A program made the position numbers and the translations under genes. Under the pieces are notes generated by a model, which saw nothing but the letters and a program-made list of their open reading frames with translations, did not search any database and was not told the DNA's origin. A stretch of DNA of 64,000 nucleotides, taken from assembly GCA_963703975.1 (NCBI GenBank), contig CAVPGO010000041.1, positions 4,681-68,680 of the forward strand, in the 5' to 3' direction. The stretch comes from an uncultured Actinomycetes bacterium. GTDB lineage: Bacteria; Actinomycetota; Thermoleophilia; Gaiellales; Gaiellaceae. Positions 48,698 to 59,230 of the stretch are shown piece by piece (position 1 is the first letter of the stretch; every line of letters starts with the position of its first letter).

Positions 48698-49444
48698 GTG
48701 CATCCGGGCGCGTGGTCGTGGAACCCCGAGGCGCTGGCCGGGATTGCGCTCGCCGCCGGCTACCTCCTCGCGCTGCACCGGTTCCCTGCCCCGGCTTGGC
48801 GCGTCGCCTGCTTCCTCGCCGGGTGTCTCCTCGTCGTCGCGGTCTTCGTCACCCCGTGGGACACGGTCGCCGTCCACTACCTGCTGTGGATCCATCTGCT
48901 GCAGAACGTCGTCCTCGCCGAGTGGGCGCCGCTCCTGCTCGTGCTCGGCCTCGCCCCCGGCCTCGCTGCGCGCCTCACCGCGAACGCCCCGCTCCGCTTC
49001 GTCACCCGGCCGCTCGTCGCCCTCACCGTCTGGGTCGGCGGCTATGCCGTCTGGCACGTCCCGGCCCTCTACGACGCGGCACTCGACCGTGGCGGCGCCC
49101 TGCTCGCGTTCGAGCACCTCACCTACCTCCTCACCGGTGTCGCCATGTGGTGGTGCGTCTGGCAGGACGCACCGCACCGGCTCTCGAGCGGCGGACGCGC
49201 CGCGTACGTCTTCGCGGGCTTCGTTCTGTCGGCTCCGCTCGGGCTGGTGCTCGCGCTGGTGCCGGAGCCGATCTACGACGCCTACGCTGACGCGCCCGAG
49301 CGGCTGTGGGGCCTCTCGCGCCTCACCGACCAGCAGCTCGGCGGGGTCGCCATGGCCAGCGAGCAGTCCGTTGTCTTCTTTGTCGTCTTCGCCTATTGGT
49401 TCCTTCGCTTTCTCGCCGAACAGGAGCACGCCGCCGAGGATTGA
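48698..49444 (+). CDS. Cytochrome c oxidase assembly protein (Caa3_CtaG family)
   Basis: Multi-TM; HLLQN, WHVPALYD, EH, DQQLGG. Confidence 0.82.
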   Translation: MHPGAWSWNPEALAGIALAAGYLLALHRFPAPAWRVACFLAGCLLVVAVFVTPWDTVAVHYLLWIHLLQNVVLAEWAPLLLVLGLAPGLAARLTANAPLRFVTRPLVALTVWVGGYAVWHVPALYDAALDRGGALLAFEHLTYLLTGVAMWWCVWQDAPHRLSSGGRAAYVFAGFVLSAPLGLVLALVPEPIYDAYADAPERLWGLSRLTDQQLGGVAMASEQSVVFFVVFAYWFLRFLAEQEHAAED

Positions 49445-49476
49445 CCGGCCCTGTGCACTCTCGTACGCTCCGCTGC

Positions 49477-50994
49477 GTGCGCCGCCTGTGCGTGGCTCTG
49501 GCGCTCGCCGCTCTCGCGGGAGGAGCCGTTGTGGCTGCCTCCGCCGAGGGCGCCGAGCCGGCCTTCCCCTTCGGCGTCGCAGCCGGCGAGATCCGGCCGA
49601 CGTCGGCCATCCTCTGGACGCGGGCGCCCCGCGCTGGGACCGTGGGCTACGAGGTGGTCACGGTGGGCGGGAACGGGCGGAAGCTCGACACGACCGCGTC
49701 GGCAGCCCACGACCTCACGGTGCGCGTACGTGTCGAGTCGCTGCGTCCGAACAGCGCATACCGCTACCGGTTCCTCCAGGGGAAGGTGCAGAGCCCATGG
49801 GGCACGTTCCGCACCGCCCCGGTGCAGACGGCTGCGGTCAGCGTCCGCTTCGCGTTCTCGGGTGACGCCGACGCGACGCCCGGGCCGTCCGGGCGACCGG
49901 CGTTCAATCGCTTCGAGACGTACGGGCGCATGGCGGCCGAGCACAACCACTTCAACATCAATCTCGGCGACACGATCTACTCCGACTCCGAGGTGGGCGG
50001 TACCCCGGTTGCGCGCACGACTGCGGCCAAGTGGGAGAAGTACCGGCTCGGGCTCGCCCTGCCCGCGCCACGCCTGCTGCGCGGCTCCGCGGGCCTCTAC
50101 AGCCACTGGGACGACCACGAGTTCGTCAACGACTTCTCCCGGCCCGAGCACGGCGAGGCGATCTACCGCGCCGGGGTCAAGGCGTTCACCGACTATGCGC
50201 CCGTCACGTACTCCCCGACCAGCGGGCTGTACCGGACGTTCCGGTGGGGTCGGCACCTCGAGCTCTTCTTCCTCGACGAGCGCTCCTTCCGCAGCGCCAA
50301 GGCGGCCGCTGCCTGTGGTGGTGACCTGGCCCCGACGGCGCCGCCGGCGGTGCGCCAGGGCTTCGCCCAGCTTTCACCCGCGCTGGCGAAGCCCGTCGCG
50401 CAATCGTGCCTCGACGAGATCAACTCGCCCAGCCGCACGATGCTCGGCGCTCGCCAGCTCGCCACGTTCGGCAAGGCCGTCCGTGCCTCGACGGCCACAT
50501 TCAAGGTGATCGTGAACGAGGTGCCGATGCTGCAGCTGTACGCGTTGCCCTACGACCGCTGGGAGGGCTACGCGAGCGACCGCACGAAGGTGCTACAAGC
50601 GTTGCAGGGTGCCGGCAACGTCGTCGTGCTGACCACCGACACGCACGCGCACCTCATCGGCGAGATCCGCACCTCCACCCTGGAAGGGCCGGCGCCTGTG
50701 GGAACCGGCATCTGGGAGGCCGTGACCGGACCCGTGGCCACGAACACCTACGCGAAGGAGATCGACGGCTTCCTCGGCTCGCCGGGCGCAGGGGCGCTGA
50801 TCACCGGTCTGTTCTTCAAGCCGCTGCCCCCGAGTGGGCTCGGCCTCGCGTGTGCCGGGACGGACCAGTACGGCTACGCCGAGGTGTCGGTCACGGCGAC
50901 GAGGCTGACGGTGACGCCGAAGCGGGCCTCGGGCGCCCGCGTCACGGATGCCATCGGCACCCCGTGCGCACCTCTCGTCGTGCACGCGTCCTGA
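49477..50994 (+). CDS. phoD: PhoD-family alkaline phosphatase
   Basis: FPFGVAAG, ILWTR, GDTIY, WDDHE..ND, LDERSFRS, DRWEGY, TDTH. Confidence 0.88.
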   Translation: MRRLCVALALAALAGGAVVAASAEGAEPAFPFGVAAGEIRPTSAILWTRAPRAGTVGYEVVTVGGNGRKLDTTASAAHDLTVRVRVESLRPNSAYRYRFLQGKVQSPWGTFRTAPVQTAAVSVRFAFSGDADATPGPSGRPAFNRFETYGRMAAEHNHFNINLGDTIYSDSEVGGTPVARTTAAKWEKYRLGLALPAPRLLRGSAGLYSHWDDHEFVNDFSRPEHGEAIYRAGVKAFTDYAPVTYSPTSGLYRTFRWGRHLELFFLDERSFRSAKAAAACGGDLAPTAPPAVRQGFAQLSPALAKPVAQSCLDEINSPSRTMLGARQLATFGKAVRASTATFKVIVNEVPMLQLYALPYDRWEGYASDRTKVLQALQGAGNVVVLTTDTHAHLIGEIRTSTLEGPAPVGTGIWEAVTGPVATNTYAKEIDGFLGSPGAGALITGLFFKPLPPSGLGLACAGTDQYGYAEVSVTATRLTVTPKRASGARVTDAIGTPCAPLVVHAS

Positions 50995-51045
50995 ACCCTC
51001 CACAAGGGCAGGGCCGTCTTGGCGGCTCCCTATCCTCGGCGGTCG

Positions 51046-52122
51046 ATGGAAGAGCGCGTCGTCCGCTTCCGCCCCCGGGCGGTCCTGGTCGTGATCGGGA
51101 TCGTCCTGGCCACCGCCGCGTCCCTCTGGCTGCTGTGGCTGACAAAGGGGGTGCTGCTCTGGATCGTGATCGCCGCCTTCCTCGCCACTGCACTCAACCC
51201 GGCGGTCGAGTGGCTCGTGCGGCACGGTGTGAGGCGGCGCGGCGGGGCCGTCGCGATCGTGTTCCTCGCTGCGATCGGCATCGTCGCGGCGGTGGGAGCG
51301 ACCTTCGTGCCCACGCTGGTCAAGGAGGTGAACGACTTCGCGCAGGCCGTCCCCGATTACGTCGACGATCTGACGAAGGGGCGTGGGCCGCTCGGCTTCC
51401 TCGAGCGCGACTACCAGATCGTCGAGCGGATTCGCGACGCCATCGAGAAGAGCGGTGTCGGCGGGGTGCTCGGCCTCTCCTCGACCGCGGTCGGCGTGGC
51501 GAAGGGTGTCGTCACCGCCGTCGTCGCGATCCTCACGATCTCCTTCCTGACGTTGTTCATGCTGCTCGAAGGGCCCAGCTGGGTCGAGCGCGTCTACGGC
51601 CTCGTGCCTGCGCGGCACGAGGTGCGCGTGCGACGGATGGGCCACGAGGTGTACCGCGCGATCGGCGGGTATGTGGCGGGCAACCTGGTCATCAGCGTGG
51701 TCGCGGGCACTGCCACCGCGATCGTGCTCTCGATCCTCGGTGTACCGTTCGCGTTCGCTCTCGCGCTCATCGTGGCGCTGCTCGATCTCGTCCCTCTGGC
51801 CGGCGCCACGATCGCCGCGGTGATCGTCACGACCGTCGCCTTTCTCGACTCGACGACGTCGGGGATCGTGGTGCTCATCTTCTTCGTCGTCTATCAGCAG
51901 TTCGAGAACCACGTGCTGCAACCGGTCGTGTACGGGAAGGCGGTGCGGCTGTCGCCGCTCGCCGTTCTCGTCGCGGTGCTGATCGGGGCCGAGCTCGCGG
52001 GTGTGATCGGCGCGCTCGGCGCGATCCCCGCGGCGGCGGCGATCCAGGTCGTGCTGCGCGAGCTGCTCGGTCGAGACGAGCCGGAGGCTCCGACGACGGA
52101 GCCCGTCGCAGGCGCTCCCTGA
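51046..52122 (+). CDS. AI-2E family transporter
   Basis: Multi-TM; LNPAV, VPLAGA, YQQFENHVLQP, GALGAIP. Confidence 0.88.
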   Translation: MEERVVRFRPRAVLVVIGIVLATAASLWLLWLTKGVLLWIVIAAFLATALNPAVEWLVRHGVRRRGGAVAIVFLAAIGIVAAVGATFVPTLVKEVNDFAQAVPDYVDDLTKGRGPLGFLERDYQIVERIRDAIEKSGVGGVLGLSSTAVGVAKGVVTAVVAILTISFLTLFMLLEGPSWVERVYGLVPARHEVRVRRMGHEVYRAIGGYVAGNLVISVVAGTATAIVLSILGVPFAFALALIVALLDLVPLAGATIAAVIVTTVAFLDSTTSGIVVLIFFVVYQQFENHVLQPVVYGKAVRLSPLAVLVAVLIGAELAGVIGALGAIPAAAAIQVVLRELLGRDEPEAPTTEPVAGAP

Positions 52123-52123
52123 C

Positions 52124-53270
52124 TCAGAGCGCGACTACGGCCCGGCCGCGCTGCGACTCGAGCGCTGCGCTGAAGAGCCGGTGCGTGGCGGCCGCCTCCT
52201 CGGGGGTGGCGCAGTGAAACGGCTGGAGCATCCCGCCCCGCCCGTGCACGAGCTCGTCGAGGAATGCCGCCCACATCTGGAGGATGGCATCCGAGAACCC
52301 GAACTCGAAGATCGCACCCGTGATGTGCGGATACGCCGAGACGGAGCCGAGATCGACCGTCTGCCAGGCCTGCGGCCCGCCCGACCGGTATTCCATCCGG
52401 CGCAGCGTCTTCGGGTACTTGCTCGTGTACGCGATCGAGCCGTCCGTGCCGTCGATCTCCACCGTCCAGGTGTTCGTCTCGCCCGGCGCGATGCGCTTCG
52501 TCTCGATGCGCAGTGGGAACGCGTGACCCTCGGCTTCGACCTCACACAGCAGCACCGCGTTGTCCCATGTGTCGCACGGGACGGTGCCGCCGCGGCCGTC
52601 AGGACGCTCGGAGACGATGTCCGACAGGATCGCACGGACGTTGACCGGCTCCCAGCCGGCCCGCAACGGAAGGTGGAGCGCATGGATGCCCAGGTCGCCC
52701 ATGCAGCCGTACTCGCCGTTGAGCCGGGCGATGCGCTTCCAGTTGATCGGCTTCGCCGGGTCGAGGTCGCTCGCGTGGAGAAACAGCGACCGCATCTCGA
52801 TCGGGCGGCCGAAACGGCGCTCGCGGATGAATCGCGCCACCTCCTGCCCGCCGGGATAGAACGGCAGCTCGGACGAGCACCGGACGAGCAGGTCGGGATG
52901 ACTTTTCGATCGCGACGTTGATGGCTGCGTTCGCCGCGAGGTCTATCCCGAACGGCTTCTCGCCGAGCAGGTGCTTCCCCGAGCGCAGGCAGGCGACGTA
53001 GATCTCCTCGTGCAGGTTGTGCGGGACTGCGACGTAGACGGCGTCGACCGTGTCGTCCTCGAGTACCTGGCGGTAGTCCGACACGAGACGCGGCCGCGGG
53101 TCGAGACGTTCGTACCAGGCGAGAACGTCGGGGTTGGTGTCGCAGACGGTGACGATGCGAGGTCGCGCGCCGATCGGGTCCAGATGGATCCACCGGGCAC
53201 AGGCGCTCGCGAACTCGCGGCCCATCAGCCCGCCACCGATCACGCCGAACGAGATCGTCCGCTCAGGCAC
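52124..53270 (-). CDS. Gfo/Idh/MocA oxidoreductase, split by a +1 frameshift near 52903-52906
   Basis: N-part GVIGGGLMG..GEKP in one frame; HPDLLVRCSSELPFYPG...GDLGIH in the next frame. Removing one base of the T4 run joins them. Confidence 0.8.
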
Positions 53271-54088
53271 GGAGGAGCTCGAGCGCCTGAGCCGCGGAGT
53301 AGTCCTTCGTGGACGATCGCCATCAACGACCTGGTCATCGCGGCCGGGTCGGCGTGCTGGATGACGTTGCGGCCGTAGACGATGCCCGCGGCGCCCTGCT
53401 CCATCACCGCCTCGGTTCGGCGCAGGATCGCCTCGTCGGACGCTCGGCCACCGCCTCGTACGAGCACCGGGACATTGCCCGCGATCTCGATCACACGGCC
53501 GTAGTCGTCGAGGTCATCCGTCGGGTCGGCCTTGATCACGTCGGCGCCGAGCTCGACCGCTTGGCGCACGAGCGGCACGATCTTCTCCACGTCGCCGTCG
53601 ACGCCGTAGGGTCCCTGCTCGCTCGGCTGCATCACGAGCGGCTCGACCATCAGCGGCATGCCGACCGGGTCGCATGCCGCTCGCAACGCCGACACGTTCC
53701 GGACGCACTGGTGGAAGAGCTCGGGCTGATCGGGAAGCTGCAGCAGGTTGCAGACGACGCAAGCGGCATCGAGCTCGAGCGCTTGCTCGACCGCTCCGGC
53801 CACGAGCTCGCTGAACAGGTGGCGCGGAAGCTGCGCCCCGTACACGTTCGCGACGTCCGTGCGGAGCACGAGCGCGGGCTTCTGCGGGCCCTGGACGTCC
53901 TGCAGGTACGGCGCCTGGCCGGGTGACAGCTGGATCGCGTCGGGACCCGCCTCGACGAGGGTTGCGATCGCCCACTCCATCGTCTCGATCCCGGCGAGGA
54001 ACGTCCCCTCGCCGAAGAAGCCGTGGTCGACGGCGACGTCGAAACACCGGCCGTCGGCAGCGAACAGCCGGTTCAGCCGGGCGCTCAC
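53263..54088 (-). CDS. Class I aldolase (FbaB/DhnA/LsrF family); probable +1 frameshift near 53303
   Basis: VAVDHG, MVEPL, ELGADVIKAD, RGGG, YGRNVIQ. Corrected end ..YSAAQALELLRA* overlaps the next start; the uncorrected ORF ends at 53240. Confidence 0.82.
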
Positions 54089-54176
54089 GCGGCGGCCTCT
54101 TCCTGTCCGCAAGGCGGAAATCCGCAGGGGCGGCACACCCCTGAAGCGGCCGCTACGCGGCCGGGGGCCTGCAGGC

Positions 54177-55109
54177 TCACGCGGCAGCCCCCAGGCCCGC
54201 GAAGGCCAGCGTCTCCGGGAGGTCGAGGAGGCCCTCGGTCGCGCCGACCGCAGTCGTGGCGAGGGCGCCGGCGGCGTTGGCGAGCCGTGCGGCGTCGACG
54301 AGCGGCCAGCCGGCGAGTCTCCCATAGAGCATCCCGGAAGCGAACGCGTCGCCGGCCCCGGTGCCGTCGACGGCGAGCACGGGAAATGCCGGCACGTCAC
54401 CCTCGAACTCCGCGCCCGCGACGTAGCACCCGCCCGGGCCGAGCGTCAGCGCCACCTCCGCGACGCCGCGGTCCCGGAACCAGGCTGCCGCGCTCGCGGG
54501 CTCACGCTCGCCCGAGATCCCCTGCGCCTCGGCAAGGCTCATCGTGAGCAGGTCGAGGTGAGGCAGGCACGGCTCCACCCGCTCCCAGCGGCCGGTGGCG
54601 TCGTAGACCGTGTCGAGCGACGTGAAGACGCCGCGTCGTCGCGCCTCCGCGAGCAGACCGGCGGTCGGGCTTCCGTCGAGCGCGGGCATGACCAGTGCGC
54701 CGGCGACGTGCAGCGACCGGCCCGCAAGAACACGGTCCAGCGCAAGCTCGTCGGCGCTGAGCGCGCCGTTCGCACCGGGCAGGTGGAGAAATGAGCGCTC
54801 GGCCGCTCGGTCGACCAGCACGACGGTCGCGGACGTGGGCGCCGCGGGATCGCGCAGCACGCCCTGGGTGTCGAGGCCCCGCTCGCCGAGCAACCCCACG
54901 ACGAAGTCGCCGAAGGTGTCCTCGCCGACCTTGCCGACGACGGCGACGGAGAGCCCGAGCCGGGCGAGCCCGGTCGCCGTGTTCAGCGCGCAGCCGCCGC
55001 CGTGGAGCGACACCTCGTCCATGAGGGACACCGCTCCGTGCGGCAGCTCGTCGACGGGTCGCGCGATGACGTCGGCGACGAGGATGCCGAGACAGACGAC
55101 GTCGACCAC
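54177..55109 (-). CDS. PfkB-family carbohydrate kinase
   Basis: GGCALN, GKVGEDTFG, VDGTGAGDAF, NAAGA. Confidence 0.9.
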   Translation of the reverse strand: MVDVVCLGILVADVIARPVDELPHGAVSLMDEVSLHGGGCALNTATGLARLGLSVAVVGKVGEDTFGDFVVGLLGERGLDTQGVLRDPAAPTSATVVLVDRAAERSFLHLPGANGALSADELALDRVLAGRSLHVAGALVMPALDGSPTAGLLAEARRRGVFTSLDTVYDATGRWERVEPCLPHLDLLTMSLAEAQGISGEREPASAAAWFRDRGVAEVALTLGPGGCYVAGAEFEGDVPAFPVLAVDGTGAGDAFASGMLYGRLAGWPLVDAARLANAAGALATTAVGATEGLLDLPETLAFAGLGAAA

Positions 55110-56038
55110 TAGGCCATGGCGATCTCGACGTCGTCCGCGACGCCGCCGAGGATGGTGTAGTCGGTGGGTGCGGTCTGCAGGATCGACCCCGGGACGAACT
55201 CGGACACCGGGCCGTGAGCGACGAGCCGGGCGATGAAGCGTTGCCAGGAGACGCCGCCGCCCAGGTCCCCGTCGAGCCAGAAGCTACGGTGCCTCGCACC
55301 GAGGATCTCACGCGGGCCGATCGTGTTCGCCTTCGGCGGCACCCATGACCAGTCGCCCCCGAACGAGTGGAGCGCGTTCTGCATGATCGTCATCGGGTGG
55401 AGCTCCACGAGACGGGCGCCCGCCTGCTTGTACGCCTCGAGGTCGCCGTCGAACTCCTCGCCGAGATGGGACTCCCAGAAGGCGATGTGCCCGCACCAGC
55501 CGATCCCGCCGTAGCAGACGTCCGCGCCGCCGAGCTCCTCGATCCTGCTCGAGTAGTCGGCGAGCGCTTCGGTGGTGGGGAAGTGGATCTGGCTCTCGGG
55601 CGGTCGCAGCTCGGCGTCGACGAGACCGAAGAAGCGCTCGAGCATCGCCCGCTGGAACGAGCCCGGCCACGACACGGGGGCCGTGACGCCGTCCTCGCTC
55701 GCGTACTCGTCCATGTTGAACGTGTGCACGTGCTCCAGCGACAGGCGCTCCTCGTTGATCAGGCGCGCCGCAAGCTCGTACTGGGGCATCGGCCCGACAG
55801 GCAGGATCGCGACGAAGGTGCGCCCTTCGTCACGGGCGGCTCGTGTTCGGCCCACGATGTCGTCCGCGAACGCCTGGTAGAACGCGGCCGGTTCGTCGAC
55901 GATCCGGATCCGGAAGTCGGGGTTCGGGTGCTCTGCGAGCTCGCTCCTGCGGATCCGCCTGACGCGCTCGCACTCGGTCAGGTCGCGGAAGCTGATGAAC
56001 CGCGCCAGGTCGTACGTGAACTCCGTCTTGATGGCCAA
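55109..56038 (-). CDS. Glucosamine-6-phosphate deaminase/isomerase-like (NagB fold)
   Basis: ILPVGP, FNMDEY, GGIGWCGHIAFWE; TTG start with SD. Confidence 0.75.
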   Translation of the reverse strand: MAIKTEFTYDLARFISFRDLTECERVRRIRRSELAEHPNPDFRIRIVDEPAAFYQAFADDIVGRTRAARDEGRTFVAILPVGPMPQYELAARLINEERLSLEHVHTFNMDEYASEDGVTAPVSWPGSFQRAMLERFFGLVDAELRPPESQIHFPTTEALADYSSRIEELGGADVCYGGIGWCGHIAFWESHLGEEFDGDLEAYKQAGARLVELHPMTIMQNALHSFGGDWSWVPPKANTIGPREILGARHRSFWLDGDLGGGVSWQRFIARLVAHGPVSEFVPGSILQTAPTDYTILGGVADDVEIAMA

Positions 56039-56050
56039 CGATTTCTCCCT

Positions 56051-56755
56051 TCACGGCAGCAGGCGCCGCGTCGTCCCTCTGAGGTGTGTCAGGCAGGGAA
56101 CGAAGCCTTCCGCGTACGTCACGCCGCACTGCTGCCCGCGGAAGCGGCTCACTGTCGTCATCTGCTCCACGATGTCGACGTCGTTGTGGTCTTTCAGCCA
56201 CGCGAGCTGGCTGCGGTGCGCCTCGAGCATTGCCACCTTCGTGTCGAAGGTGGTCGAGATGTCCACGAACTCCGTCGGCTGGAAGCCGTGTCCCATGATC
56301 GTCTCGATGAAGTAGATCGGTGTGATCTCGGTGTGGTACGGCTTGCCGGTCTCGTAGAGGGGTAGAGCGGCGTAAAAGCTGCAGTCGAAGACGAGTCGCG
56401 AGATCTCGTTGTGGTCGCCCATGTAGTCGCCCTGAGAGTGCGTGAGGATCAGATCGGGTCGCGCCTCCCGAATGAGGTCAACGACGGCGTGCTGCTGGTG
56501 AGGATCCGCCGCGTTGACTTCGGCGTCGCTGAAGCCGAGCGCAACGTACTCCGCGCCGCAGACTTCGGCCGCCTTCTGCGCTTCCCCGCTACGGATGCGC
56601 GCGATCTCCTCCGAGGTGTGGACGAAGCTGCCGCGGTCGCCGCGCGTGGCGTGGCACATGACGACGTCGTGGCCTTCCCGCACGAAACGGGCGAGCGTCC
56701 CGCCACACAGGATCTCGAGATCGTCCGGGTGCGCGCCGACTGCGAGAACTCTCAT
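56051..56755 (-). CDS. PIG-L/LmbE-family de-N-acetylase
   Basis: AHPDD, DH, HRSQ, AEGF motifs. Confidence 0.88.
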   Translation of the reverse strand: MRVLAVGAHPDDLEILCGGTLARFVREGHDVVMCHATRGDRGSFVHTSEEIARIRSGEAQKAAEVCGAEYVALGFSDAEVNAADPHQQHAVVDLIREARPDLILTHSQGDYMGDHNEISRLVFDCSFYAALPLYETGKPYHTEITPIYFIETIMGHGFQPTEFVDISTTFDTKVAMLEAHRSQLAWLKDHNDVDIVEQMTTVSRFRGQQCGVTYAEGFVPCLTHLRGTTRRLLP

Positions 56756-57995
56756 ACGGCCTCCGTCAGGGCGATGTCGAAGAGGCGCTCCTCGACCGCC
56801 CTGAGCGCGAGCCGGGCGGCCCCGAGCGCGACGGCCTCGTCTCCGAGGGTCGAGAGAACGACGCGCGGCGGAACGGGCACGAGATCGGCGATGCGACGCT
56901 CGAGGGGCTCGAGCAGTCTCTCGCCGGCCCGTGATACGCCACCGCCGACGATCACGGTCGACGGATTCAGGACGGTGACCGCCGACGCGATGCCGCTGGC
57001 CAGTCTCTGGATCAGCTGGTCGAGTATGCGCCGCGCCGCCTCGTCGCCACCGTCCGCCGCCGCAAAGACGACCTCGGCATCGATCGCGTCAGGGTCGCCG
57101 CCGGCGAGCTCGAGCATGCACCGGGCTCTCGCCGGCCGCGGCCGCGCGACGGCCGAGGCGGGCGAACGCGGTCCCGCCTGCGGCGTGCTCGAACGGCCCG
57201 AGCCCGTCAGGTTCTACGTCGTCATCGAAAAGCGGGAGGTAGCCGATCTCGCCGGCTGCGCCACCGGCTCCGCGGTACACGTCGCCGCCGATGAGAACAC
57301 CGCCACCGATGCCGACGCCGACCTGGACGTAGAGGGCGTCGTCGATCCCCTGTGCGGAGCCACGCCAGCGCTCGCCGAGGACAGAGAGATGCACCTCGTT
57401 GTCGACGAGTACCGGGCAGGGGAACGCCGGCTCCAGCCGGCTCGCGAGCCGGATCCCCTCCCAGCCGCCGAGCTGGGGCGCCAGCGTGACCCGGCCCGAG
57501 ACCGGGTCGACGACCCCAGGCGTGCCGACACCGACCGTCTGCAGGCTGCTCCGGTCGATCGCGGCGGTGGAGAGGACCTCGTCGATCGCGGCACCGACGA
57601 GATCGAGGAGCGTGTCGGCGGTCTGGCGGTCGCGCGCGCTCGTCCGGCGCCGGACAGCGCCGACCACCTCACCTGTGAGGTCAGCGACGATCACCAGCAC
57701 CTTGTTCGCGCCGATGTCGATGCCGAGCACGTGGCCCCAGGTCGCCGCGGAAGCTGAGCAGGCGGGCGCGCGGCCCAGGGCGCCTCGTCGGGGCATCGAG
57801 ACCGGCGACGCGTTCTGTCAGATACCCGGACTCGAGCAGCAGCTCCACCGCGCCGTTGACGGTGGGCTTGGAGAGACCGGTCACCCGGGCCAGCTCCGCT
57901 CGGGAGATGGGCCCCTCGGCGCGGATCGTGCGCAGTACTGCCGCCGCGTTGAGCCGACGGAGGAGTCGCGGTGAGCCTGCGGGTATTCGCTGCAT
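56752..57995 (-). CDS. ROK-family transcriptional regulator, split by two +1 frameshifts (~57736, ~57118)
   Basis: HTH (SRAELARVTGLSKPTV), GIDIG/GTPG/VDNEV/GIGGG/AGEIG and LNP..IVGGG segments lie in three successive frames. Confidence 0.8.
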
Positions 57996-58019
57996 CGTTG
58001 ACTTCGGGTTTCCGACGAT

Positions 58020-58040
58020 GTTAGAAAGGTTTCCTATCAA
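58020..58040. promoter_or_regulatory. Putative ROK operator in AT-rich divergent promoter
   Basis: GTTAGAAAGGTTTCCTATCAA imperfect palindrome between ROK and the ABC operon. Confidence 0.45.
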
Positions 58041-58067
58041 TTTGCAAGCGCCCGCGACCCTGACCTG

Positions 58068-58424
58068 ATGCCACAGTTCGCTCGCTCCCGGTTCGATCAC
58101 ATCGGGCTCGTCACCGACGATGAGCAGCCGGGTGAAAGCTGGGTCGAAGCGACGCGCGTGTGGGTCACCAGCCCTCGCGAGCACCCGTTCAACGTCGAGT
58201 GGCTCCGGTTCGAGCCCGACACCCCGGTGACCGGTCCGCTGCGCACCGAGCCGCACGTTGCCTATCGCGTGGACGACGTCCATGCAGCCATCGAGGGCTT
58301 CGAGGTGCTGGCCGAGCCCTTCGACGTCGGGAACGGCTTCCTCACCGTGGCGTTCGTCATCGTCGACGGCGCCGTGGTCGAGTTCATGCAGTATGCGAAC
58401 CCCGACGAGGAGGGGTGGTTTTGA
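58068..58424 (+). CDS. Small VOC/glyoxalase-like hypothetical protein
   Basis: FDHIGL..., PHVAYRVDD, VEFMQ; first gene of the operon. Confidence 0.55.
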   Translation: MPQFARSRFDHIGLVTDDEQPGESWVEATRVWVTSPREHPFNVEWLRFEPDTPVTGPLRTEPHVAYRVDDVHAAIEGFEVLAEPFDVGNGFLTVAFVIVDGAVVEFMQYANPDEEGWF

Positions 58425-59230
58425 GCTCCGCCGAGGCGAGAGCGCAGGAAGCGAGAGCGAAGATCGAGATCCGCGGTGCCACGAAGACGTACGAGGCGAA
58501 GTCGGGCCCCGTTCAGGCGCTGCAGGACTTCTCTCTCGACGTCGACGACGGGGAGCTCGTCTGCATCGTCGGGCTCAGCGGCTGCGGCAAGACGACGCTG
58601 CTGTGGGCGGCGGCGGGCCTCCACGCCTTGACGAGCGGAGAAGTCGTCCTCGACGGCGTGCCCGTGACCGGGCCACGACCCGATGAGATCGGAATGATGT
58701 TCCAGGACGCGAATCTGCTCCCCTGGCGGAACCTCCGCAAGAACATCGAGCTGCCGTTCGAGATCAAGAAGCGGCCTGTCGACGAGAATCGAGTGGCGAT
58801 GCTGCTCGAGGAGGTGGGTCTCACCGGTTTCGAGAGCTCATTCCCGAGAGAGCTTTCGGGTGGCATGCAGCAGCGCGCGTCTATCGTTCGAGCATTGGCG
58901 ACCGACCCCGGCGTGCTGCTGATGGACGAGCCGTTCGGCGCACTCGACGCGTTCACGCGCGACGAGATGAACCTCCTGCTGATGCGGCTGTGGACGGAGA
59001 CGAGCAAGACGATCGTGTTCGTCACCCACAACATCGGCGAGGCGATCTTCCTTGCCGATCGCGTCGTCGTGATGACACCACGCCCCGGGCGGCTGGCCAG
59101 GATCTTCGACATCGACCTCCCGCGTCCGCGCACCGTCGCCATGACCTTCGAGCCGGAGTTCATCGCGCTCATCCAGGAGATCAAGCGCGTCGTCGAGCAC
59201 GGCGCCCGGCCTGTGGTGGGGGTGCAATGA
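58421..59230 (+). CDS. ABC transporter ATP-binding protein (NitT/TauT family)
   Basis: GLSGCGKT, LSGGMQQR, LLMDEPFGALD, VTH. Confidence 0.92.
   Translation: MSSAEARAQEARAKIEIRGATKTYEAKSGPVQALQDFSLDVDDGELVCIVGLSGCGKTTLLWAAAGLHALTSGEVVLDGVPVTGPRPDEIGMMFQDANLLPWRNLRKNIELPFEIKKRPVDENRVAMLLEEVGLTGFESSFPRELSGGMQQRASIVRALATDPGVLLMDEPFGALDAFTRDEMNLLLMRLWTETSKTIVFVTHNIGEAIFLADRVVVMTPRPGRLARIFDIDLPRPRTVAMTFEPEFIALIQEIKRVVEHGARPVVGVQ

Noticed and set aside
52870-52890. Tandem CGGACGAGCA duplication as the cause of the frameshift
   Set aside because: It translates cleanly as LLVRCSSEL in the downstream frame; the shift lies at the T4 run ~15 nt away.
52901-52908. Programmed ribosomal frameshift at GAAAAG
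   Set aside because: The required shift is +1, not the -1 typical of A-AAA-AAG sites, and three other +1 indels lie nearby.
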